From: Fimbriosthenelais zetlandica
Taxonomy: Eukaryota
Length of the DNA stretch: 64,000 nucleotides
Direction: 5' to 3'
NCBI GenBank assembly: GCA_977030845.1
Contig: OZ365115.1
Location: 10,230,001 to 10,294,000, forward strand
In this document: positions 1 to 12,319 of the stretch, in pieces
Layout: the number at the start of each line of letters is the position of its first letter
How positions within the stretch are numbered: the first letter of the stretch is position 1
The notes under the pieces: model-generated
What the model saw: only the letters and a program-made list of their open reading frames with translations
Databases searched by the model: none
Told to the model about the DNA's origin: nothing
Position numbers and translations under genes: made by a program

Positions 1-109
1 CCATGACAATAAGCAACCCAGTGCTTACCAACAGTTGGCCTCGAGGAGTCGACCTCCAGGTCAAAGTCAAGAGCTGGGACGGAGACCTGCTCCTGCTGGC
101 GGGCGACAG
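1..109 (+). CDS. XRN1: XRN1 exon (5'-truncated by window)
   Basis: Open frame HDNKQPSAYQQLASRSRPPGQSQELGRRPAPAGGRQ ending CAG|gtcagt, phase 0. Confidence 0.75.
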
Positions 110-3100
110 GTCAGTTACAAAAATTAAATATATAATTCTTTGTTATACATAAAAATTATATTAAAGTATTAATAACGTGACAATAAAATATAATGTATTT
201 TCTACAAATTGAAGTATATTAAAAAGGTACTATTTGTCAAAGTCAATGAGCACCTGACTATGTATTCTTCCAGGATGATAATGGTTATGCTAACATGTGG
301 CAGCAGCTACAGTCAGCTAACTTGGTTCCTCATAAAGCCACTCAGCCTGGACCCAGTACCAGTCAGGGGCGGAATCACAACCAGAATAACGCCTCCCAAG
401 CCCGCCAGCCCCCTCAGGGAGCTCCCCCCGCTCCCCCTGTACATAACGGAACAGGGGCCGCCAACAACGCTAGCTCCCCCCAACCCCTCTCACTGGCACA
501 GGCAGCCCTGGCCCTGGACAAGGCCAAGTTACCTATTAGTAAATACCAGAATCAGCAAAAACAACAAAAGGAGATCAGAAAGACAGGTCCCGAGGACGAG
601 GTATATTCCAAAGTTTATCTATACGATTTCATCTGTGTTAAAAGAATTATTAATTTAATATTATATCATTAATTAATTAAAAAATAATAACATTTACCTG
701 TAGGGAAAATAAACAATTTAATCAATTTATATTAATTTCAGATGGAACATGGGACGAGCGAGGAATTCCTCAGCCTGATGAAAAGCCTGGAGTTGTCTAA
801 CCTCAATAAAAACAAACAGCCAGCCAAGGAACCCGCCTCCATCCTACAGACTTCATCATCCTCCCAACAAGATGTGCTCAAACTGACCGACCTAGAGATC
901 GAAGCCAGGCCTAGTCAAATAGAAGATCAACAGAACAAAGTAAGTCCCTTCTCTTCTCACTCCCTTCTCACTAATACCTTTAAGGCATTTCCTTTGACCT
1001 GCTTAGAAAGGTGTGGAAATATTAACTAAAATTGTCACCTTATAAATGTTTGTCTGATACACTATTTCATAATCCTCTCTCATCTTCTCCATTAATTCAC
1101 TCATGGTAAACAGTTCTTACAGGTAAAAGGGGACATTTTTTCTAATTTTGACATTTCTTAGATAGTTTTCGCCCTGTGTTGAGCATGAGTGGTGTCGTTT
1201 CTATTGTTAGATTTTTCCTCACTCCTCTCCAGCTGCCTCCTGCGGGTATACCCAATGTTTAAAGTAGATTTGCAGATTATACACTGTTTAATAATTCCAC
1301 TGAAAGGACATCCTTTATTAAAGTAGTATATTCCATCATTAATTAGCTTTATTGGCCAGAGCTGATGGTGTTGAACTAAATTAATGGTACCGTCTTTTTT
1401 AGATCTTTTTTAAGATCTTTTTGGGGCCCTGCCCTGACTATTAGCTATAGTCAGTTCACAAGATATATGATATCAAAAGTTGTAAAAAAATATACTGGGT
1501 AAAAGATATAGTTGGGTCAATTCAAGTCTGAGCGCCGGACAGAGCCATACCACTCATAATGTTAGGTGGTACGCCAGTATGTAATACATCATTTCTAATA
1601 ATACAGTTGACTCTCTCCTAGCGGTCACGCCTCCAATGTAGTCACGCTTCCAAAGTTGTCAAACCTGATAACGATCATTTTTTTCTTGGAGCCTTGGGTG
1701 ACCATAATTTTCTGCACCTATCTATCCTAAATAGACTGTGGTGCAAGAAATAGTTTTATAGAATTCGGAATTTTCCTTTCTAGTCGAACTGTCCTATTGT
1801 AGATTATTTATAATTACGTAATTTATGTGTATTGTGAGATTCTTTAGGAAAATCTTGGATTTGACGATTATGCAGCATTTCCATTTTGTATACCCATTCA
1901 GTAATTATTGTTAGGGCACATTGTTTCTCTTTTTCTTGTATGTAGTTTTGTCAAACTTCTGTTGTGCCTGTTTTCCTTTGTGATGTTCTGCGTATGACAA
2001 AAGTAGTGATATTATAATATTTGATGTTAACAACCATTGGTATGTTAATAATTGACTCATTAAAATCACCCTGTTGCCTGAAAGATAATTAGTCCGAGAC
2101 TCGGAGAGGAAGTATTTGAATATTACTATATTATGATAAAATTAAAAATACACATTTAAGGGCAGCTTAATGATGCAGGGGAATTCATTGCTTTCAAACC
2201 AACATGCCTTTACGCCAATTCGAAATATTCAGCGAAACATTGAAGTTACAATAAATAATCCATTTGTAGGAAGGAACTGCTGCACTCTATCAGATGTTGA
2301 AGATCGGTCAGCCAAGCAAAGAAAACGAGAACAGCAAGACCGCTGCTGCAGGCTCCGGGCAAGTAATCGCAGGCAAGTCTTATGGGAAACAAGTCTCCGT
2401 CCAAGAACTATTCAAAGGTAAGTCAAATATTAGTAACCCTTTCTCTTTATGATTTTGAAATTCCAATTATTTCATATTGATAAGTTCTGTAATTCATGTC
2501 CAGGTGCCAAGCAACATACTCATCCCCAACATCAGAAGCAAGATGCTGGGCATGTCAATCAAGGCTCACCTCAGAAACAGGCCCCGCCTCCTGGACAAAG
2601 ACAGCCAATCCCAGGCATGGCTGCCCCACAGCCACACCCACAACAAGGGGCTATTCATCCTCAGGGTAAAAGGTAGGCCTACTATGTCTATTACAGAATA
2701 TCATTAAGTGTAATACTGCTGAATGCCCTTAAAAGTAATAGCAGTGGATGCAATGAGAGACTGTTGAATAAAGTTTTATTTTGCTTCGGCAGGTCACGGG
2801 TTGCTGAACTACAACAGTGGTGTGGTGCTATGGGCATGCCACCTCCAAGATACGACTACAACCATGGCCCTGATAAACGAGTATGATCTTTGCATTTTTC
2901 TTTGAAATATCCTGTCGTAGAAAACTCATTTCAACTTTATTCAGGGACTTTGTATGCAACATTCAATCACTTTACAGTTGCTATGCACGTAGAGAATATC
3001 TATATTTGATATGTTGATAATACCCTGCTATATGGATGTTTGTTAGAATATTTCTCCTGATTTCCTCTAGGTTAGTGCTGTGGTCACACTAGCTACCGGT

Positions 3101-6100
3101 CTGCGCTACCAAGGATCTATGGTCCGCACAGTGGATCAAGCAGCTGAATCTGCAGCCAGCAATGCTCTACTCAGTATTGTAAGTAATCTCTATTATAACC
3201 ATTTCACACTAATAATGTATTCTACTGATCATGACTGTTACTCATGGAAATGGTTGACAAATTAAAAGGCAGAGAAGCATTATGAGAACATTCAAGTCTG
3301 CCCAGAAGTCTCTACAAGTAGTTTTTAAAATCTTTCTGAGGTGTTCGTTCAAATTCATGTAGGAACTGTTTGGCATATTAACAAAAGGTGCTACTATAAT
3401 GTGGACGTCTGGATATAGATTAATTAAATGTGGAGTTACTTGTACTAACGGGTGATTATTGTTTTATAAATAATACTAACCGGCTGACTTTGTTTGGTGC
3501 TTATAGCATCAGGTTAGCATGAACCCGGTCAATCTTCTGATGACAGGCCACTATCTCCATGGCAAAGTGCCCCCTTACGTGAGTCACGTACTGACGTTAT
3601 GACGTAGTCTTTGTAAACGTAGACGTTCTTGTCCTTCCCTCAGTTACCCATTGTCTACTGAATTCCCTTAGGGAATTCCATAGATACCTATTCCATGTAC
3701 ATACGTCCAAATTAAATAATTAAAGAGATTTGTAAAGATTAGCTGCAGTTTACATGTTATCTTCCTTGCCTGGTATCTCTAGGGTTTAATTTAATATAAT
3801 ATTTTGTCAGTTGGTCATCTGCATGCTGCTAAGTCCGCATGATTGTTTCGCCATACCTTTATTAGGATGTCTTTTTATAATCTTTTCTAGTCGTTTCCTT
3901 ATCGTTTCTCATCAGATGATACTACCTTTATCTGTCATTTAAAATTTTCCTCTCGACCTTTGTGAAGCCTTTTCGTCTAGTCTGAAATTGGATGTCTATT
4001 TTTTGTTGGCAGACTGAGTTACCTCTCAAAGATACATTGTCTTTGTACACTGTTTTATTTTAACCCATCTATTTATCTGCTAAGACTTAAGGATTTGAAA
4101 TAAACCTTGTATTCCATGTACTTGGTAAATATGAAACCTATTTTCTCCCAAGATTTCCGTATCATTCCATACCATAATTTGAATGAAATCTATTGGCACC
4201 AGTTGAAATGATTCTGTGTACTATTTTCAGCAGAAGGGAGGCGGTATGAAGAAGCCACCCCCGTACCTCATGGCTCCTCCAGGTGTGGCCCCTCCTCCAG
4301 GCGTGGCCCCTCCACCGACAGTGTCTGCTCCTCCTCTTCCTCAACCACAGCAGTCCCCGCGTGGCGCCTTCTGCTCCTCTCCCAACTCCGCCTTCACCCC
4401 CGTCATACCTTCAGGTAAGACTACTTCTAGTTATTGATTATTTTTCTGACCAGTATTACCAGGACCCTACTAGCCCATTGCAGATTCCTAGGGCCATCTG
4501 TTTTCCGCGAATTAGCGGAATTGCCCCAAAGACGGTATCCTCAAATTGAATGGAATTCACAGAAATGGCTCTTTTTTTAGGTAGTGGGTCAAATTTTAGG
4601 CATATGATTGCGCCTATGTACCTAAATATTGTAAATTATATAATGTGTATCTGGAAAAGTTAGTAAGGAGACATACTAGCCAACATCATGCATGAAGTTT
4701 TCTGTTTACTTGGTAAAATATACGTGCGTTACGACTACACATACCGACCGTATTATTTGGTGAAAAAAGTGTTTATTTGTTGCTTTTATAATATACAGAT
4801 GTTTTACTCAATTTTATGTCAGTAACAAACAGTATTTGAAACAGAAAAACGAAATATACTATTATATACTATAAAAATAGTGTAAGTTGAGATTTTGTGT
4901 CAAAAAATGGAATTTTGTGTGGGGAAAAAACGGAATTGTGTGTAAAAACACGGAAATGGCCATTTTGGATTTTAGGTAGTGGGTCAAATTTTGGGCATGT
5001 GATTGCGCCTATGTAGGCCTACCTAAATAATGTAAATACCTACCACCACCATTATTATTTGGTGAAAAAAGTGTTTGAAAAAATGTGTTGCTTATAAAGA
5101 TGTTTTAGTCAATTTTATGTCAGTGAAAAACAGTAGTAACAGAAAAACGAAATATAAGAGTAAGTTGAGATTTTGTATCAAAAAATGGAATTTTTGTAAA
5201 AAAAACAAAACAAAACAAAACGGAATTGTGTGTAAAAACATGGAAAAAATGGAAATGGCCATTTTGGAAAACGAAATTTGCCTTTTTCAAAAACGGAAAA
5301 CAGATGGGCCTAGAATGATTCCCACTAACAAGTCTCTTGTCTTTTACATTTTCCATCCTAACATGCTTTTTGCACGGTAAATAATGGGTAAAATTCATTC
5401 CAATGAAGTTAAGTTCATATCCAATGTTAGCCTGACTAGGTATATCGATACTCAATATGTGTATGATTAATTGGACTCTAGGAAAGAATATGCCACCAGG
5501 TCCACCCCATCACCAGGCTCCCAATCACCGATTCCACAACCCCAACATCCGCAACGCACCACCCCCACACCAGCAACACTACCTCCAACCCCGCCAGATG
5601 TTCCCCAACCACCCTCCTGGTCCAGTTCACAGACAAGGTCAACCTCAAGGTCATTTCATAGGTCAAGGTCACGGTCCGCAGCCAGGAGGGTGGGTGAACA
5701 GTCCCCGTGGTAACCCGCACCGTGGACCACCTCACCATGGCAACCACCATCAACAACCCAAGCAACAAATGACCCATAATAAAGGTCAGCAGGGCAAAGG
5801 TCAAGGGTCATGGGATCGATGGCCGAAACACGACCAAGTAGAGCAGAACCATGGACAGCGGGATAGGAAACAGTCAGAAACAGATAGGCAACATGACGGA
5901 GACAACACAAAAACCCCGACTAAAAACCAGTTTGTACCTCTACAGGTAGGTCTAACCTAATACAGTCTTTTGGGATTTTTTTTTATTTTCCTGTGTTTTC
6001 TCTTTCTACTTTCTCGTTCTCGGATTGCTGAATAATTTACAGGTCTATTCTTTCTACCTACAGGTAATGAGGAAACAAAAAACACCACAGCGTGATGTTA

Positions 6101-6384
6101 AACCTGACTCCAACAAAACCCCTCAGAAGCCTGATCAACAAGCTATCAAAGCTGGTGAACCTAGCAGTAAAGCTACTCCCTCTAGAGAATCTAGAGAGCA
6201 GAGTAGCGCGCCAACTAAAACACCACCAAGTAAAAAACAAGAGAAGAAAGCTTCAACGAAATCGCCCTCCCACACTGGTGGGAAGCAGGCAGGTAAAGGC
6301 CAGCCAGCCACACCTAAATCGGCCGGTGGTCAAAAGCGGAAACAGCGCTCCCGTTTAGCTGCTAACTTTGGTAACCAGTCATAA
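1..6384 (+). CDS. XRN1: 5'-3' exoribonuclease 1, 3' part of gene (10 coding exons; 5' part upstream of window)
   Basis: GT-AG exons 1-109, 274-600, 742-939, 2270-2417, 2504-2672, 2793-2880, 3071-3178, 4231-4414, 5482-5945, 6064-6384 join in consistent phase. Peptides match remembered landmarks of the human XRN1 C-terminal region: YANMWQQLQ (cf. FCNIWQSLQ), EGTAALYQMLKI (cf. GTRMLKEILKI), VAELQQWCGAMGMPPPRYDY plus VTLATGLRYQG..AAESAASNAL (cf. TELSRICSLVGMPQPDF..VKLSNGLLVHG), FVPLQV, and terminal RSRLAANFG (cf. KSRKLAVNFG). Confidence 0.93.
274..600 (+). CDS. XRN1: XRN1 exon
   Basis: ttcttccag|GATGAT ... GACGAG|gtatat; 327 nt, DDNGYANMWQQLQ...TGPEDE. Confidence 0.85.
742..939 (+). CDS. XRN1: XRN1 exon
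   Basis: aatttcag|ATGGAA ... AACAAA|gtaagt; 198 nt, MEHGTSEEFLSLMKSLELS...QQNK. Confidence 0.88.
2270..2417 (+). CDS. XRN1: XRN1 exon
   Basis: catttgtag|GAAGGA ... TTCAAAG|gtaagt; EGTAALYQMLKIG...QVSVQELFK; phase 0 to 1. Confidence 0.88.
2504..2672 (+). CDS. XRN1: XRN1 exon
   Basis: tgtccag|GTGCC ... GGTAAAAG|gtaggc; Q/P-rich; phase 1 to 2. Confidence 0.8.
2793..2880 (+). CDS. XRN1: XRN1 exon (dsRBD-like segment, first half)
   Basis: ttcggcag|GTCACG ... AAACGA|gtatga; SRVAELQQWCGAMGMPPPRYDYNHGPDKR. Confidence 0.88.
3071..3178 (+). CDS. XRN1: XRN1 exon (dsRBD-like segment, second half)
   Basis: tttcctctag|GTTAGT ... AGTATT|gtaagt; VSAVVTLATGLRYQGSMVRTVDQAAESAASNALLSI. Confidence 0.9.
4231..4414 (+). 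CDS. XRN1: XRN1 exon (proline-rich)
   Basis: ttttcag|CAGAAG (tandem NAGNAG acceptor) ... CCTTCAG|gtaaga; PPGVAPPPGVAPPP. Confidence 0.85.
4491..5310. mobile_element. MITE with 17-bp TIRs and TA target duplication; internal tandem duplication
   Basis: Left TIR gggccatctgttttccg (4491-4507) versus reverse complement of right end ggcccatctgttttccg (5294-5310), 16/17 identical. TA (within CTAG) on both flanks. Internal block ~4561-4950 is repeated at ~4951-5270. Confidence 0.75.
5482..5945 (+). CDS. XRN1: XRN1 exon (H/P/Q/G-rich)
   Basis: gactctag|GAAAG ... CTACAG|gtaggt; ends KNQFVPLQ. Confidence 0.88.
6064..6384 (+). CDS. XRN1: XRN1 terminal coding exon
   Basis: ctacctacag|GTAATG ... RSRLAANFGNQS then TAA at 6382-6384. 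Confidence 0.92.
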   Translation, partial: VMRKQKTPQRDVKPDSNKTPQKPDQQAIKAGEPSSKATPSRESREQSSAPTKTPPSKKQEKKASTKSPSHTGGKQAGKGQPATPKSAGGQKRKQRSRLAANFGNQS

Positions 6385-7628
6385 ATTCCAACTCGCTTAT
6401 GTTTCCTTTAATTTGAAAATCGAGAGAAAAACTTCGGTTGTGATAGTCACTCGAAGCAGGATGTAACACATTTGGGCAATTTATTTATGGTCTTGTATTT
6501 TATATATATGTTCCTGTGAGTTAATAAGAGAGATGTAGACCAAGTCAAGTTGAAGATTTGGATACTAGGTTGTCTTAGATTTTTAACATATATCCATCGG
6601 GATCGACTGTGTGATAGAAGAATGTGGTGGTATATGTATGTCCATCTTTTTTAGTATTGTCATTTGTTAGAATCTTATAAAATTATATCCCCAGGTGAAC
6701 TGGAATATGAAGGAACTGATGTCTAATTTTTATAACACAACGTGAATATAACTAATAGAAGCTGGGGTTTCATCACGATTTAAAGAGAGAGGATGAATTG
6801 TTAGTCTCATTGCTGAGCAATAGTCAGCAGTGTTAGAGTGAATGGTGCTCCCATTTCTCACATATTACACTCCCCATATATACTATCCAATCAAGTCCAA
6901 CAACCAGTACTGTATTTCCTCAGTGTGTATTCTACCCATATTTTCCAAATCTGTTATATCACTCAGTGAAATGGACTCTGATTTTATTGCGGTTTTATTG
7001 AATGAAATATGAGTGTACCCACCTAATAGTAGTATGGATATAATCAGTCCAGTATACTTCTGTAATAAATTAATTTAATCTATTTTGGGGAAATGTCCCG
7101 TTTTCTATATTATGTAACATGTTGTTCATGCTTTACGTTAGAATGATATTGTAGCATTTTGTCAGTTATTGTTCTTGCTCGTACTATTTTACTTGAGTAT
7201 TTAGTCGGTTATTTAAGATGAATTCTGGAAGTTAAGCTTATTTATTACTGGCCATGTCTTTGTTGAAATAGACAATCACTATTGGAAATGAGACGATATT
7301 GATGGAATATCTTTGTTTTTATCCCTTCCTTTGTGAATCGTCCAATAGTGGAAATTTGTATCGTACCTGACCATATTCTGAATCAATGTAACATTATTCC
7401 CCAATTCCCTTTGGTTGCGATATTGAAATGATTTGATTTCACAGTAATAACGAGGACATTGTAGGAAATGAATGCTCGGCAGTCATTGGTGTCGTGTGTA
7501 ATTTGTTAAGTATGGAGTCTGCACTGTGTCGTTGAACGACTTAGATGGTTTTAGCCTAACTTGTGTCTAGGACTTGGGTCATTTCAGAATTTTATCTGTA
7601 GTTGAAGGATGGACATTCTATGCCCTTA

Positions 7629-7634
7629 AATAAA
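7629..7634 (+). promoter_or_regulatory. Candidate XRN1 polyadenylation signal
   Basis: AATAAA at the end of a T/G-rich stretch following the XRN1 stop, with a U/GU-rich tract downstream. Confidence 0.4.
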
Positions 7635-7784
7635 TACTTGCCCACTGAGATTTATTCTCAAGTAAGTTTCCTGTACTTCTTTTCATGTTACTATTAAACT
7701 TCCTCCCGTGTATTGATGGAGGAAAGGCTGGTCATCAACATATAAAGAAAAAACAGACGTACGATGTCTTTAATCAGGTCAACT

Positions 7785-7790
7785 TTTATT
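7785..7790 (-). promoter_or_regulatory. Candidate distal KCNAB polyadenylation signal
   Basis: tttatt on + (AATAAA on -); strand composition switches from T/G-rich to A/C-rich on + at about this point. Confidence 0.4.
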
Positions 7791-10700
7791 TAACTTAATT
7801 ACCGGTATGATCAACCCCAAACTCTAGGCTATGGTGCCACTGTGTGCTTGCTTCTAACTAAACACCAAAGTTACCATCGCATATACATGTATATATTTCT
7901 TCCTTATCACTTATATACACATATAACAGGTTGTTGACCTGTCATGGCTTGCTAAGAAGCATTTAAGACAAAGTTAGCAACACAGATTTTTATCTTGATA
8001 CTAACTGAGGATAATTTTTAATACATGTAGGATATACACTGGTGGCTGTTTTGTACCCAGTTTCAGTCGAAAGTTTCACCAATAACAATGATTAAGTTTG
8101 TGTATATAATATAACATTAAAAAGTAAACCTACATCACTTTCTTTCAAAGAGCAAGTTAAATATGATAATAGCTGGTGGTTAACTAACATAACACACTCG
8201 GTGCCTATCTACAACCCTCCTATACATGTTTATGGATTTTCTACCATGTCTTATAGCCATTAAATGTCAGGTGATATACATGTAATACTCCCACATTGAA
8301 AAGGCAGCTATAATAGACACTTCATGGGATACCACTATACGACCCATGAGAAATATATTTATCCTATGTCTCCATGCACCACAATTTAACCATTAACATT
8401 AAATGTTACTAACTAGCAACATTTAGTCGTCTGATTATTGTATCTGAATTTGTATCAGCTTTATTTCAATCTAGAACAAATATTAATTTGTAGATAAGCA
8501 TTTATGACAATTTCTTTTTTGTTTGAGAAACATGTTTAGGACTTACATAGTTCAAGTTGGTCTATCGGTATAGACAATAGTCAGACAACCATTGTAGATG
8601 ACTTTTATCTTTATTCCATATTGATGTTAGCCAACTAAGCTGTTTTATTTTATTTTGTTATCTTTCAAACTGTTCATTGAATGCCACTTTATATTAATGT
8701 TGCCCATTATTTCGAATGTAATTAATAGCGAATGTCACACCCCTCCAAAATAATATAATGAAACATCTTCCGTTCAGGTTAAATCCCAGACTAATGTTAG
8801 TCATGAAGATACCATATTCCAATTATACTATACCCCAGAAAATACAGCTTAATAGCTTCACACTATATCACCTCTAGTATTGGCAAATTCTAGCATGAAA
8901 GATACATTCGGAAAATTTATTCTCTTTGAAGACCTCAAGATCATAACTTATAGATAGTGGCACAATGTGCCAAGGCTGATTATAATCTGAAGTCAGGATT
9001 GTCCATGAAGTCTTCAGGTACTAAAGTCAAAAATGTCAAACAGATATTCAATAGAGTCCAAAATTATGTAAACAGAGAGAACCGGAAGTAGACTTTAGCG
9101 TTTTAAGCCACTCTAATTGAACATCATTAACGATGTTTTTATTCCATGTGTCCCTAAAAATCAGGAATGTTAAGGTATATATATGTCATCATGTCAAAGA
9201 GTGACATTAAATACATACATCAGTATGCCATGTAATAAAATGTTTTGAATTATAAGTGGAGTAGAGATAATGGTAAAGCCTGCATGATAAGTGAATTAGT
9301 AAGACTGCATGGGCATTTCAACGGCAGGTGGTAATTCAGTACATTACAATAGTCAATGGTTCTTGCATTTCATATAGCCAAAATCCGAGAACACCCAAGT
9401 TACTCAACCAATGCCTATTGCCTTGAACAGGAGTGAATGAACTATTTACACTAACAACTGGAAACAATTGTAAATGCAGTGGTCCAAACAGGCACTCACT
9501 AATTACCAGGTACAAAAGGGAAAATATATAGGAAAGGGATGTTTTGCTAAGCATACCACAATTTTGAATATATGTTTTCTTTCCATGGAACTAATAACCA
9601 AACTATCATCATGCAACTAAAGGCCTATCAATTGTACATCTTCACTTATATGGTTAAACAGTTCCACAATATAGATGAACAGGCTTGTGTAATCTTAACA
9701 AGTGCTTAAATTATCTATTTACACAACAATGTATACATGTATGTATGCTACAACTAAAGTATAGAGCTGTCAAAACATGTCCAAAAGTTAAAACCATGAA
9801 GTATCTTTATGAGAGAATCACCATAATACTATACCACTTTGGACATCAATATGCATGGCTATGTTATTCAGGTATCCCCAAACTTTTCATTTGTATTATC
9901 CACGACTACATGTAGATACAATAGGGTATTCTTCACATTTCTTTCCACTTATGGGTGGTGACATTCTCTTTATACAAAACACCAAATAGTAAACAGCATC
10001 GACTACTAGAAAAGAATGATAAACTATGTACAAGAAACTTCAAAGGTTGTCAGCAAGTTTTCCAATATTTCACATTTAACCAAGTTTGTTCCAATATTGG
10101 GTGTGGACCCAAGGCTTATCATGGGAGACTGTCACCACCACCGTATATGGTCATGACAGCATCTACCTCCCACAATTGTTGACATCAGGCTCCATGGATT
10201 GTCACACAAATTAAGTTAGCAAGGAAAGATGGTCCTCTTGATTCCCTTAAACCAAATTTTGTAATTCATATGATCATATACCAGTGGCAAGGATATGCTC
10301 AAGGCGTCTGTATATCTAGCATTTGGCCAATGTCTTTAGTTTAATATAAGAAAATGTCTCTTTAAGAATTCTAAATGCGTCTAAGTTGTTTACATTGATA
10401 AGTACTAGCTTCCTCAGACTATGACAGGGGAATCAAAATAATATTTGACCTGACTCAGTTTCAAAAGTTGGTACAAAGACATAGGGATTGTTATAATATA
10501 TAGCAGTCAAAGCATTTGCTTGCATGGACAGCTATTTCTGAGGTATAAAAAGAACTAGGACACTGGATATTCCAGCAAAGATTAATTAATAACATATCAA
10601 GAATCACAGGATAAAAGGTTATTATTGTTGGATAAGTACTTAATGTAGATAAAAAGAAATCTGACAGATGCAAAGTCGAGAATATGACTAAAAATGTAAG

Positions 10701-12319
10701 GAGGAATGGTATACATGTACAATCTAGCCTTTATGTAAGCTTATACTTATTCACGTTTTCTCATTAACAGATGAATGCATGGGCCAACTCTTTTTCTCTG
10801 GAGTATCAAAATTTCAATACAAGCACAATATCAATTTTGGTTATCAATTGGACATACCAACAAGTTGGATAGCAATTAACATAGGAAATTCAACAGTCTG
10901 AACAACCACTATTTACAGGTCATCAGTAGTCAAAATTTGAGCATTTAAAGATCTCACATAATACCAGTCCTCATTAAATATTATTACATAATTGTTCTCC
11001 ACGCAGTGTAATATTCATGATCATTGATAAAAATGCACACATAAGTATGTTTCAATGTTATAATCACAGATTATGAAACACTTGAATAACAACAACGATG
11101 TTTCATCACAATTAACATGTACCAGTCATATCATCAGATTCAAGACTGTCCAACATACATGTGCAAAATCAGCAACATCATTGGACCTCTTGACTGTTGA
11201 TAACCATTCTCTACGCCAATCACATTATAAAATACACAGCGATGTTCCTTATCCCAGTACCTTTATTCAATTACAGGACTGACTTCAGGCATATGGATTT
11301 CAAAGTGTTTGTTACCGTACTCCAAGAACATTAGAATCCATTACGATTACGAATCCCATACTTCCCACTGCATCATACTGTGAGCTTCATGGTTCTCAAC
11401 ATTACTTTTTACATAAGTAGAAAAAAGGTAGGTACCTTATAATTATCTCACAAAAGCTTCTTTTGAATACATTTATAAGTGGGGCAATGAGCGAAGGAGT
11501 TGAACTCTAGGAATAGGGAGAACTAGAGCAAAAGTACTGCTCACCCATAAAAGTGCCCTAAGTTATTACCGTATAGAAGGAGAAGCACTAAACCACTGGA
11601 TGGGTTTGTCAATAATATGGGTGGCTTTGAGAGCCTAGTAATAGTTGAAAATCAATTGTTAAAGGGGCTTTCAAGGTGGATGCTGTTGGGCATCCCATTT
11701 TCAAAAAACGTTTACTCAGCACAGGTTAGCTGCAGCGGCCTAACAGCAGGTGACAATCTGTCATTGCAGAAAAAGGGTCCAAGAAACAGGAAGTCACAAG
11801 TGGCCTCGGCAAATGACCGGAAATACAGCAGCCTATAAGAACAATTGATATGTCTTACAGAAAGTCTTGGTTGTCTCTTAATCAGTCATGTGTATACTTG
11901 TCTCAGATGACTAGAGTGACAGATCACAGGAGGCGAGTTAATATAAACCATCCTGTCCTTACAGTGCTTCAATTTAATTAGACAAAACCAGTTGATATAA
12001 CTAAGAAAGGTGCCAATATATGTATAATCATATATATGCAATATAAACCCATAATGTATTGATCTGCACACTGATATCAAAAATTGAGCACTTTGTTCCT
12101 GGTCAGTTCACCAGTTTCACTTCAGGGGTAACCTGGATGGCTACCATCTTATTATGTGGTGATCAAATCCATGATTCACCAAAGTATACAAGAAGAGCAG
12201 ACACTTTGAAGGTCTTGCTCAACATGATGCTGATCATGACTGTCATTAGGATCCCCAGTTGAAGGGATAGAGGAAGAAAATAAACAGCTGCTTGTATTTC
12301 AGTCATTTGCCAACAGAGG

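Noticed and set aside
209-658. 149-aa ORF and similar off-frame ORFs at 2170, 2477, 4283, 5471, 6092
   Set aside because: Alternative frames of GC-rich XRN1 exons, running into introns.
4228-4236. NAGNAG(NAG) acceptor CAG CAG AAG in XRN1
   Set aside because: Would only add or remove one residue in a disordered region; common and untestable from sequence.
5075-5455. Overlapping 101-aa and 111-aa ORFs
   Set aside because: They lie mostly within the AT-rich MITE in an XRN1 intron; K/F/N-biased composition reflects A/T runs.
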